The notes below the pieces were generated by a model. The model had not been told where the DNA came from, ran no database searches, and saw nothing but the letters and a program-made list of their open reading frames with translations. Shown here piece after piece: positions 1 through 7,769 of a stretch of DNA of 20,000 nucleotides; within the stretch, counting starts at the first letter, position 1, and each line of letters starts with the position of its first letter. A program made the translations under genes and the position numbers. The stretch comes from an uncultured virus (IMG/VR IMGVR_UViG_3300020166_000012) (lineage: Duplodnaviria > Heunggongvirae > Uroviricota > Caudoviricetes): IMG/VR virus record IMGVR_UViG_3300020166_000012. One strand, 5' to 3'.

Positions 1-812
1 ACTGCAACGTGTACTTCATCCGTACCAGTTGCGCCAACATTACTAGCAAATGGTGATAATCCAGGAGCAGCATCAAATTCGCCTTTAAATGCCCAAGCAG
101 CAAATCCGGTATCGGAGCATACTTCAACTTTTAATGAATTGCCAAGTGCGCCAGGATATCTCGCGATAATTTCATGGCTGGCTGCTTTAAGCGTTGATTC
201 TTGAACATCCCAATTATCATCATTTTTAACAAGCGGAACTGATGTAGGGGTACGAGCAGTGTCGGCACCATAAGCATTTACAATATCAGACCCTTGGCCA
301 CCAGAAATAGTAATTGTTGGATTTGAATTGTATAAAAATGGTGTTGCGCCCGGAGTTACTGTGAGCGCTGTAACCGCACCCCCAGAAATTGTAGCTGTTA
401 ATGTTGGTGTATCGCCGCTATCAGCAGCGGTAATTGTTACGGCAGGGGCAGTAACATAATCTTCGCCGCCTTCTGAAACTGTGAGTGTTAATACGAGTCC
501 GTCAGAATCAACTGCAGCTGTTGCTGTTGCTTCAGTACCGGCTTCGTATACTTCTCTAACTACCTGTAGGCTATTAGAGTATTTTAAAAAGTATGAAGCT
601 GTATGAAAATCTACTGATGTTTCATCAGAAGGATTTCCGAAAACGCTTACTAGTGTGCCTTCGTTGCTTACAAGAATTGGCTGGTCAACTGGACCCCAAC
701 GAAAATTACCAACCATAGCTCCGGTAGATGAGCTAGCGTTTGGTACACCGTTGGTTAAGTCAATTTCTCTTGTAACAACTGCTGGTGACACAGATGGATT
801 TCCTATGGCCAT
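1..812 (-). CDS. gp18: Tail sheath protein (T4 gp18-like), 5' part; runs off the window start
   Basis: Not in the ORF track. Manual translation from ATG at 812 (SD AAGGA upstream) gives MAIGNPSVSPAVVTREIDLTNGVPNASSSTGAMVGNFRWGPVDQPILVSNEGTLVSVFGNP...YFLKYSNSLQVVR...ARYPGALGNSLKVEVC. These are the SP-x-V-x2-EIDL, FxWGP, FGxP and YPG-x2-GN motifs of T4-like sheath proteins. Lies directly downstream of gp17. Confidence 0.95.
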   Translation of the reverse strand, partial: MAIGNPSVSPAVVTREIDLTNGVPNASSSTGAMVGNFRWGPVDQPILVSNEGTLVSVFGNPSDETSVDFHTASYFLKYSNSLQVVREVYEAGTEATATAAVDSDGLVLTLTVSEGGEDYVTAPAVTITAADSGDTPTLTATISGGAVTALTVTPGATPFLYNSNPTITISGGQGSDIVNAYGADTARTPTSVPLVKNDDNWDVQESTLKAASHEIIARYPGALGNSLKVEVCSDTGFAAWAFKGEFDAAPGLSPFASNVGATGTDEVHVA

Positions 813-877
813 GTCTTATTCCTTTGCAGAGAGTAAAATTATATGTATTTCATAATAAGGTTATATTCAATTACTAT

Positions 878-885
878 TATTTATA
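878..885 (-). promoter_or_regulatory. T4-type late promoter (TATAAATA) for gp18
   Basis: tatttata on + strand equals TATAAATA on - strand, in the gp17-gp18 intergenic region. Confidence 0.85.
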
Positions 886-903
886 AGAATTTAAGTTTAG
901 ACT

Positions 904-2028
904 TTACCAATCATTCTGGTGTTCTTCTATAGCCCAACTAGAATGAAATGTAGTATCATCAATTACTGTAGATTGCCCATCATCGTAAAAACCGAATGGG
1001 ACAATATCATCGTCTATTTCTTTCATTCGTTGTTCAAACATCAAATCTTTAATACTAATATCAGTTAATTCATTAAAAAATGATGTTCCAACAAAATAAG
1101 AAAATAATATTAAATTCATTACTAAATCATCGTGATTTCCATCAGATGCTTCATATGATTGCCCCCGCGCCGTAAATGTAGAAATTTCTAATATGGTATT
1201 TTCATCCATAATATCTAATTTATTATTTTCCATTAAATCTTTAAATGAAGAACAACCAATTCTTTTAACTTTGCGTGTCATTAACATACCAAGTGAACCA
1301 GACTTTACTGCCGATTCAACAAACATATTTTCATATTCTAAATCATGATATAAACCATTACATACAACTTGCCCAGCATCATTAGATTCTATAACAACCA
1401 TTGCTTCATTATATGACATAGCATATTTATAAATAATATTTGGATATAATAATGGAGAAATATGATTATCTCTATATGTAGCTACCTGTTTAAATGGATT
1501 TACACTAACATCAATTATAGTAAATGTACTATAGTCTTGACCCCTACCTTTCGCAACATCTACTGTCATTATATATTGGTGATCTTTTTTAGATTCCTCA
1601 TATACATAAACATTATCCCGAGTAACGTTTATTGGATCTTTTCTTCTAAGAGATAACAAAACTTCGGCACCAATTAAAGTATCGCCCGTTCCAAAAAAAG
1701 TGTTATGTGATACAAACCCTTGGTCATGATTATACACACTTCCATTACCTACATTTACCGGATCATAAAAATAGTCACCTTCGTTTATTTTACTGATACG
1801 CGATACAATCTTACCTATGTTATCGCCTATGAGCACATCCCGGGCATAGACTTCTTTATCATTAATAATGAATCTGTGATCAACCGCGCATTCAACAGCT
1901 GTATTGTCTTCAAAAATAAATTTTAAATATTTTTCATGCCAATATCTTTTTACTCCATCAAACGATTGAAAACCGGATGGTGTTAAGATTTGTATATTGA
2001 TGGGAGAACGTGTGTTCGTGTTTTCCAT
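904..2028 (-). CDS. gp17: Split-intein C-fragment (IntC, aa 1-109) fused to the large terminase C-terminal nuclease half (C-extein, aa 110-374)
   Basis: aa 1-109 show intein blocks: IQILTPSGF, block B VECAVDHRF, block F FYDPVNV, block G VSHN. These are followed by TFFGTGDTLI and the gp17 RNase H-like nuclease motifs MTVDVAKGRGQDYS, IESND and HDDLVM. SD-like AAGGGT lies 8 nt upstream of ATG 2028. Confidence 0.93.
   Translation of the reverse strand: MENTNTRSPINIQILTPSGFQSFDGVKRYWHEKYLKFIFEDNTAVECAVDHRFIINDKEVYARDVLIGDNIGKIVSRISKINEGDYFYDPVNVGNGSVYNHDQGFVSHNTFFGTGDTLIGAEVLLSLRRKDPINVTRDNVYVYEESKKDHQYIMTVDVAKGRGQDYSTFTIIDVSVNPFKQVATYRDNHISPLLYPNIIYKYAMSYNEAMVVIESNDAGQVVCNGLYHDLEYENMFVESAVKSGSLGMLMTRKVKRIGCSSFKDLMENNKLDIMDENTILEISTFTARGQSYEASDGNHDDLVMNLILFSYFVGTSFFNELTDISIKDLMFEQRMKEIDDDIVPFGFYDDGQSTVIDDTTFHSSWAIEEHQNDW
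1702..2028 (-). mobile_element. Intein C-fragment (IntC) of an atypically split TerL intein
   Basis: Terminal His-Asn at 1707-1702, followed by Thr (ACT, 1701-1699). Length and motif pattern resemble the long IntC of the AceL-TerL type, recalled from memory rather than aligned. Confidence 0.9.
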
Positions 2029-2693
2029 TCAATAATACCCTTTAATGTGACATTTGAGCATTTATAGTGTTCTGCATATTTTCTTGCAAAATGTGATGAT
2101 GGAGTTTTTTGAAGCCATCCTTTTTTCTTTGCATTTTCATTGTATTCTTTAATTTCTTTTTCACAATTTAATTTTTCTTTTTCATAATGAGTTCTAATTT
2201 CAATTACTTTTTTATCAGAAATTTTCGGTGGTTTCAACCTTTTACCTTTTCTAATTTCTGAATGGTGTTGTCTTATTTTTGGATCCTTCCATTGATTCAA
2301 AGACAACTGTCTCATTTGTTCTGAGCCCCCGCCTCTTTTTTTAGCAGACTCACTCATTTTTTTCCGCGATTCTTCTGAGTACAAATATCCTTCAGTAGTA
2401 AAATTAGGAGAATTGTGCCCATGTCCTTTTCCAGACCAAGATTCATTTAAACCATTATTAAACGTGTCTAATTTACGAATCCAATATTCTTCACGTTCAT
2501 TAATGTAATTTCTATCACTACTTTTTTCTAGTATTTCTACAGTAAATTCATCTTCGCGAAATCTTTTTGATCTTTTATGGTCTCCCATTCTCTGCTTCAT
2601 ACGTCTGTCTATCGTTATACCAACGTATTGCTGCGAGTCTGATTTCCTCGTCAACAGATAAACCAGATGTTGATCCTCGTTGGATACACTCAT
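1983..2693 (-). CDS. Free-standing GIY-YIG homing endonuclease with a NUMOD3-like and a probable HTH DNA-binding tail
   Basis: LVYLLTRKSDSQQYVGIT is the GIY-YIG variant VY-x10-YVG. Also present: conserved Arg (KQRMGDH), catalytic Glu (NEREEYWI), Asn (NGLN) and NUMOD3-like YSEESRKKMSESAKKRG. SD AGGA at 2704-2701. Confidence 0.9.
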   Translation of the reverse strand: MSVSNEDQHLVYLLTRKSDSQQYVGITIDRRMKQRMGDHKRSKRFREDEFTVEILEKSSDRNYINEREEYWIRKLDTFNNGLNESWSGKGHGHNSPNFTTEGYLYSEESRKKMSESAKKRGGGSEQMRQLSLNQWKDPKIRQHHSEIRKGKRLKPPKISDKKVIEIRTHYEKEKLNCEKEIKEYNENAKKKGWLQKTPSSHFARKYAEHYKCSNVTLKGIIEWKTRTHVLPSIYKS

Positions 2694-2766
2694 ATAAATT
2701 TCCTATAGTTATTTCTGCTATATAGTTATTTATACAAATAGTAATTTGGGAAGAACTTTTAAGGCA
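2575..2766 (-). mobile_element. Intein N-fragment (IntN): ~28-aa core plus a ~35-aa tail read through the endonuclease gene
   Basis: Cys1 codon TGC at 2766-2764. CLKSSSQITICINNYIAEITIGNLYECI fits the short C-x(n)-I-x-I-x2-LY pattern of atypical IntN fragments. Confidence 0.85.
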
Positions 2767-3567
2767 ATTACCAAATTCTTGGTCAAATTGCAATTTAGAT
2801 GTATTTGCAACTGTTTGTTTTTTCCATTCTTTATCTCGTCCAGGTACATCCCACCAGTCAACTCTAAACGGTTTATAATTATTAGTTTCTTGTACTGCGC
2901 CTTCCCATATTTTATGGAAAACATTGCCAATACCATTAGCAGTTGATGTAATAATAACTTTTGTATCTTTACCTGATGAAACCACTGGATATGTAGATGT
3001 ATAAAATTCACTAGCTCTTTCAACAAAAGCAAACTCGTCTAAATACAATAATGAAACTGACATACCACGAATAGATGATCCACTTGTTGCCGCGGCAATA
3101 ACCCGAGAGTTATTAGAAAATTCTATACTTCCTTTATTTAATGCTTTACAGCCAGGCTGCAAAAAGAATGGTAAATTTTCTAGCATAAGAGTAATACGGC
3201 CAAGCATTTCGCGTGCCGTTGCGCCCTTATTAGCCATTACTGCAATAGTTTTTTCACTATGAAAAATAGCAAACCAAAGAATATATGCTACAGAAGAAAT
3301 AGATTTGCCTGATTGGCGACACGCTAAAACAATAGAAAAGCGATTATCATTAAAATGATTAAACATTTTTTCTTGATATGGATATAGCTCAAAGTTAACT
3401 AAACCACGATCTAAATGAATTACTTTGCAATAAGTTTTTGCAAAATAAACCGGGTCATACATACATTTAGCATATTCAGTAATTTCTTCTTTTGTAAATT
3501 GCTGAGTAACACCATCACGTTTTACATTTTGATTACCATTATAAGAATCATTTAGTTGTTGATTCAT
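2575..3567 (-). CDS. gp17: Large terminase N-terminal ATPase half (N-extein) fused to the split-intein N-fragment (IntN)
   Basis: Adenine-binding LYPYQ, Walker A ACRQSGKS, Walker B LLYLDEFAF, coupling motif ITSTANG, then WWDVPGRD and QFDQEFGN. This is followed by intein block A CLKSSSQITI. ATG at 3567 is preferred over the TTG at 3576. Confidence 0.93.
   Translation of the reverse strand: MNQQLNDSYNGNQNVKRDGVTQQFTKEEITEYAKCMYDPVYFAKTYCKVIHLDRGLVNFELYPYQEKMFNHFNDNRFSIVLACRQSGKSISSVAYILWFAIFHSEKTIAVMANKGATAREMLGRITLMLENLPFFLQPGCKALNKGSIEFSNNSRVIAAATSGSSIRGMSVSLLYLDEFAFVERASEFYTSTYPVVSSGKDTKVIITSTANGIGNVFHKIWEGAVQETNNYKPFRVDWWDVPGRDKEWKKQTVANTSKLQFDQEFGNCLKSSSQITICINNYIAEITIGNLYECIQRGSTSGLSVDEEIRLAAIRWYNDRQTYEAENGRP
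2727..2734 (-). promoter_or_regulatory. T4-type late promoter (TATAAATA) embedded in the IntN coding sequence, upstream of the endonuclease
   Basis: Exact tatttata at 2727-2734, 33 nt upstream of the endonuclease ATG at 2693. Confidence 0.75.
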
Positions 3568-3925
3568 TGCTATCAACTTTCACCATATCAATAATATCAT
3601 TAGCTTTTGCAGCATCATGCAACATTCGCTGTAAATCTGTAGTAGAACCTAAAAATAAATTATTATTAGTAGTTCCGCCCTCAATGGATTTTTGATTGCC
3701 TTTTGAATTATATTCTTTTTTCTTTTTATGTAAATCCATTAATCGATCATTTACATCAGAAATATTTTTTATCATCCCAGAAACAACCTCAAAGGCGCGA
3801 GGATGCTCTAATGCTTTTGCAACTTCCATCATTTCTTCAAGTGCATTATTACCCTTTTCAATTAGGTCATAATATGTTTTTCTGGAATATTCAAAATCAT
3901 TATTTACATTATCAGAATCATTCAT
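3548..3925 (-). CDS. gp16: Small terminase subunit (T4 gp16-like)
   Basis: DFEYSR...LIEKG...EHPRAFEV...NNNLFLGSTTDLQRML motifs; lies between gp15 and gp17. Confidence 0.93.
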   Translation of the reverse strand: MNDSDNVNNDFEYSRKTYYDLIEKGNNALEEMMEVAKALEHPRAFEVVSGMIKNISDVNDRLMDLHKKKKEYNSKGNQKSIEGGTTNNNLFLGSTTDLQRMLHDAAKANDIIDMVKVDSNESTTK

Positions 3926-4691
3926 TAAAATACTCTATATCTTCATTAAATCCAAAGTCATTAGGTGGTGTTACATTTTCAGGAGATGGTGTAACAGTTA
4001 TTCTTGCAATTTTTCCATCAGAATCTGCGGCAGTATCACCAAGAATTCCAATATCTGTAATTGCTTCACGAATAAATCCTTGATTATATACTGGCCCATA
4101 AAAGAAAGTATTCATTTGAAAGTCTAATGTATATATAATAGTTCTTCGAGTTTCCTGAGAGCCTTCAAAATCATCAGAAAATGTTACTGATTGCAAAGTA
4201 ATAGGAATATCATGTTTAATATCGGTGAATTCACTAAATGGTTTTACTGTAATACTATATTGAGGTGCAAAATATGGTATTATTTGTTCTACTATTTGTA
4301 AAGCATCATCTTGTGTTTTTGAATATACATTGAGTTGAAATGAAATCAAATATGGTACAGGTGCCAAAAATTTATTTTTATTAGTTGTACTATCAGTATA
4401 ACGATAGTAATTATTCATTTTAGGTAATTTTCTTTCGGCATCATATGATATAGAAGTAATCTCAAAGGACATCCGTGGCAGCTTTAAAGCAACTTTAGTA
4501 TCTGTTTCTAAATTATCAGTAGTTCTAATTCTTTCAAGAAACTTAGATCTTGGAGCATAAGCTAAAGGAACCTTGGTTTGGTTTAAAACTTTTCCATTAG
4601 CATCAGCCCGTATTACTCTAATATTATTGAAAATTGTACCAAAAGTTGCAACAGTTTTTCGGAGTGTTTGATGATAAAAATATTGAAACAT
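3918..4691 (-). CDS. gp15: Tail sheath stabiliser/completion protein (T4 gp15-like)
   Basis: YFYHQTLRKTVATFGTIFNNI, KVPLAYAP, LPRMSFEITSISYD, DALQIVEQIIPYFAP and RRTIIYTLDF; synteny. Confidence 0.93.
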   Translation of the reverse strand: MFQYFYHQTLRKTVATFGTIFNNIRVIRADANGKVLNQTKVPLAYAPRSKFLERIRTTDNLETDTKVALKLPRMSFEITSISYDAERKLPKMNNYYRYTDSTTNKNKFLAPVPYLISFQLNVYSKTQDDALQIVEQIIPYFAPQYSITVKPFSEFTDIKHDIPITLQSVTFSDDFEGSQETRRTIIYTLDFQMNTFFYGPVYNQGFIREAITDIGILGDTAADSDGKIARITVTPSPENVTPPNDFGFNEDIEYFNE

Positions 4692-5605
4692 TATGTATCC
4701 TCCGGATCACCAAATGGATTTGCTTCGCTAAAATCTAAGAAATCATATACACTATTTGACGTATCAAATTCATCATTCATTTGATAATTATTATTGCCAA
4801 AGTCTTCGGTAAGTGATGCGATTGTCCTTGTAATTGTGCCTTCTGGTCTGTAATTCAAAATAGTGCCACCACTTTCAAATTCTGCCCAAACATCTGCGCT
4901 ATCATGAGAAAGATTAGTAACTCTTAATTTATTTGTATCACTATTATATGCTACCACATCTGCTGTAATAATACTGCCTGACGCAAGCTCATGCTCAATA
5001 AATTCACCTGGTAAAAAGTCTGGATTTGTACCTACTTCATCTGCATTATTTGCTAGTGTTAATATTACACCGTATGATTGATCTTCAATAGAATCAATTG
5101 CATTAATGCCAGTATCCATATCCTCATCTGCATATTCAAATAATTCGCACCGCAATTTAAATGTTGGTAAATGGCTTAACTGATAAAACGGATTTTCATG
5201 CTCTACATGCATTATTTCAAACAAAGAATTTGATAGCGGTAAATAAATTAAATCGCCTTCGTGTGGTCTTAATTCATTTAGTGCATTGTCATCGCGCCGA
5301 GCTATTTGTATCCATCTTCTTCTTGAAACCACAAAGCTAGCTTGATCTCTGATTTCTATTCCGAACCGAGTAAATAGATCACCTTCCCCATCAAAACCAT
5401 CAGTATTTTCAATATACATTTCTATTTTATATGCACTACCAAATCTTGATGCTACGTCTTCTCCAAGTATTTTATCCTCGCCAGTAATACTTCTGGGGAG
5501 ATAATATACATCTTGTCCGTACATCTTTAAAGATTCAATAACAATATCTTCATATAATAATTGTTCTGATCTTACTTTTTGCGAGAAATGAATATTTGTA
5601 GCCAT
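4691..5605 (-). CDS. gp14: Neck protein (T4 gp14-like)
   Basis: EQLLYEDIVIESLKMYGQDVYYLPR, FGIEIRD, RPHEGDLIYLP, FEIMHVEHENPFYQL and C-terminal DFSEANPFG. Confidence 0.93.
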   Translation of the reverse strand: MATNIHFSQKVRSEQLLYEDIVIESLKMYGQDVYYLPRSITGEDKILGEDVASRFGSAYKIEMYIENTDGFDGEGDLFTRFGIEIRDQASFVVSRRRWIQIARRDDNALNELRPHEGDLIYLPLSNSLFEIMHVEHENPFYQLSHLPTFKLRCELFEYADEDMDTGINAIDSIEDQSYGVILTLANNADEVGTNPDFLPGEFIEHELASGSIITADVVAYNSDTNKLRVTNLSHDSADVWAEFESGGTILNYRPEGTITRTIASLTEDFGNNNYQMNDEFDTSNSVYDFLDFSEANPFGDPEDT

Positions 5606-5609
5606 TAAA

Positions 5610-6362
5610 TTATCCTACAAAAAAGTCTGCCGGAAATTCATATTCCAATCTAATAGTTTCTTCTAATTTTTCAAGTTCCGCTACGGCATCTTCATATAAC
5701 TGACGGCCATTAAGGCTAACCCCACCCGGTAATTGCATACCTTCAAACTTTGAAAGATTGGCCCCCCATTGTTTTTTAATAAGCTGGGTTGCATATTTTT
5801 TTAAAAATTTATCATCATAAACTGAAGTAAAAGTTTCTGGATCAATTGCAGAAGTGCATTCAACAATTAAATACTTTCCGGCCGTAATATCTTTATCAGC
5901 AAAGTCGCCACGAATATATAATCTGTTTTGTCTGCGCGCAAAATTAATCTGTGGTTGGCCAGTTAATTTACTATCTAATAAAGTTAACCATTGCTGCATC
6001 TGTTCATAATACGCAAGGTCCCCTGCAAAATTCTGAAGATCTGTTATATCGTTTAACATCATTTGATATTTTACATCAAACATGCCAGTAGAAGCGCCGG
6101 AAGATGATGCCGGCGGAAATAACTTAGTAACATATAATACATTTGCAGGTAACGGAATATATTCATTAGTTACGTCATCCGCAGTAACTAAATGCTTTAA
6201 ATATGTTTTAGTTGTCGCATCACTATGAAAGGTTTGATAAAACTCAATGGCTTCATCAATTCTATCCTCTAATTGATCAGGATCAACGTTTACTTCAATG
6301 ACCGGATCGCCAAGACTTCTGAGACAATACTCTATTAATTCGTCTCTATTGGTAATTGCCAT
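5610..6362 (-). CDS. gp13: Neck protein / head completion (T4 gp13-like)
   Basis: ELIEYCLRSLGDPVIEVNVDPDQLEDRIDEA and KKQWGANLSKFEGMQLPGGVSLNG. Confidence 0.94.
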   Translation of the reverse strand: MAITNRDELIEYCLRSLGDPVIEVNVDPDQLEDRIDEAIEFYQTFHSDATTKTYLKHLVTADDVTNEYIPLPANVLYVTKLFPPASSSGASTGMFDVKYQMMLNDITDLQNFAGDLAYYEQMQQWLTLLDSKLTGQPQINFARRQNRLYIRGDFADKDITAGKYLIVECTSAIDPETFTSVYDDKFLKKYATQLIKKQWGANLSKFEGMQLPGGVSLNGRQLYEDAVAELEKLEETIRLEYEFPADFFVG

Positions 6363-6395
6363 GTTAAAAACTTCCTGTTGTAACTTTCTTATTAG

Positions 6396-6403
6396 TATTT
6401 ATA
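6396..6403 (-). promoter_or_regulatory. T4-type late promoter for gp13
   Basis: TATAAATA(CTAATAA) in the intergenic region. Confidence 0.85.
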
Positions 6404-6409
6404 CTGCAT

Positions 6410-7729
6410 TTATACAAGATGTCTAGTTACTTTTGCTGCGGCATTATCCAAGCACGTATATAAATAAACTCCATCATAGGAAAAACAGAAAGAGCCACTA
6501 TCTATAATTACAGGCCCTGTAGATAAAGAAGAAGTAATTGTAGATATATCAAAAGGAGAAGTTAATTCTTTTGATCTTATCTTTTTATCATACTGGCAGT
6601 AGATATAAAGTCTAGTGCCTAGGGGGTTAAATTTAAATGAATAGACATTTCTTGCTAAGTTGCCATGATTTGCATAAAAGTCATATGATATTCCATCTGC
6701 AATGGCAGTAGTTACTGCAAAAGGTGAAGTTAAAGTATAAGAGCGAATTGCTACGGTAGTTTGGGTTCCTTGAAGTATAAACATTGTTAACCCATCATAA
6801 CTAAAATCTACATCCCAAATATCATAGGAAGTAAAGCCTGTATTATAAAGTGATTTATTACTTTCAAGACTCATGCTGGTAACATCATAAGGAGTAGAAA
6901 GCGTATAGGTTTTGATATTGGACCCATCAGTTACGTACATCTTAGTACCATATTGATTTATACGCAAAGAGTGATTATAGCTAGTAGTGAGGATGGCGGC
7001 GGAGTTTGTTGTAGTAACTGCCCCTGTGAGAGAGTAAGGAGTTGAGAGCTCGTACCTAATAAAGCTATTCATACTGTCATCATAACAATATAAATATCTT
7101 CCATCTCTAGTCATGTCAAGCCCAAGTAAACTATCATTGCCAAGATCTACGTCTTGATTTTTATTTCCTATAGAAGCCGCTGAAAAGTTCCATGTGGGGA
7201 CAAAAGTTAAGCTAAACGATCCAGTTGCATTAACTGCTGAGTTTATGCCGTCAGTGGCACTAAATGTTATACTAAACACTCCTTCATGTGCCGAGTTTGC
7301 ACTTGGTGTAATAGTAAACACATTATCTGCTTGAGATATAGTAGCGCTATTCCCAAGTACTCCACTAGTAATTGAGTAGCTCCAGGTAAGAGGAAATCCA
7401 TCCGGGTCTGTTGCATTGGCTGTGATAACTGTTGGGTTACCGTTTGTTGCTAGGGTATAGTTTGTCTCTACACCACTTACCGATCCAGGTGATAAGTTTT
7501 CAACTGTTGCAATTTTAAACCAGCCATTTGTTTTATAGATATACAAATTATTAGTAGCTAGTACAAATGCTTGATCACCGGTAGTCATTCCGGTTTCTGC
7601 AATCAAGGCATCCATATCTGCTAAGGTGCTGACACTAGATCCAGATTCAACTGGAGCTACATACCGTGATCTAATATTCGCAGAGCTTCCCAATAGCTTT
7701 GCTAGGTTTCTTCCGTTTGATATTGGCAT
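6410..7729 (-). CDS. Putative virion appendage/adhesin: shared N-terminal module + Ig/cadherin-like domain + divergent beta-propeller
   Basis: The N-terminal ~175 aa are paralogous to the next two genes (DPDGFPLTWSY, DNVFTITPS, FSITFS-x-TDG). The C-terminal part has (D/Y/L)G-x2-(M/L)(Y/F)...Y-x-L(S/T)(T/S)P(Y/F) repeats. Confidence 0.65.
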   Translation of the reverse strand: MPISNGRNLAKLLGSSANIRSRYVAPVESGSSVSTLADMDALIAETGMTTGDQAFVLATNNLYIYKTNGWFKIATVENLSPGSVSGVETNYTLATNGNPTVITANATDPDGFPLTWSYSITSGVLGNSATISQADNVFTITPSANSAHEGVFSITFSATDGINSAVNATGSFSLTFVPTWNFSAASIGNKNQDVDLGNDSLLGLDMTRDGRYLYCYDDSMNSFIRYELSTPYSLTGAVTTTNSAAILTTSYNHSLRINQYGTKMYVTDGSNIKTYTLSTPYDVTSMSLESNKSLYNTGFTSYDIWDVDFSYDGLTMFILQGTQTTVAIRSYTLTSPFAVTTAIADGISYDFYANHGNLARNVYSFKFNPLGTRLYIYCQYDKKIRSKELTSPFDISTITSSLSTGPVIIDSGSFCFSYDGVYLYTCLDNAAAKVTRHLV

Positions 7730-7761
7730 TGCTTAAATCCTCATGCACCCTTCTTTATTAG

Positions 7762-7769
7762 TATTTATA
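7762..7769 (-). promoter_or_regulatory. T4-type late promoter
   Basis: TATAAATA(CTAATAA), 32 nt upstream of ATG 7729. Confidence 0.85.

Noticed and set aside
655..855. Plus-strand 66-aa ORF, and the other short + strand ORFs at 1462, 1720, 2746, 3703, 8762, 11346, 13528, 13954, 16632, 18203, 19046 and 19407
   Set aside because: These are antisense shadows of well-supported minus-strand genes, with no recognisable motifs.
1983..2766. Group I intron carrying the GIY-YIG gene
   Set aside because: The endonuclease ORF overlaps intein-coding sequence on both sides, leaving no non-coding room for a ribozyme core. The flanks are clearly intein blocks.
2730..3032. Alternative-frame minus-strand ORFs (2730..3032, 10386..10625, 11189..11479, 11480..11728, 15137..15364, 16357..16557)
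   Set aside because: They are nested in or largely overlap longer credible genes and have off-frame amino-acid composition.
904..3576. gp17 as a pseudogene, or a sequencing frameshift of one intein carrying an in-frame endonuclease
   Set aside because: This would need two compensating errors. All catalytic motifs are intact, and both the endonuclease and the C-gene have their own SD and ATG. The break is also at the atypical split position rather than the usual endonuclease insertion point between blocks B and F.
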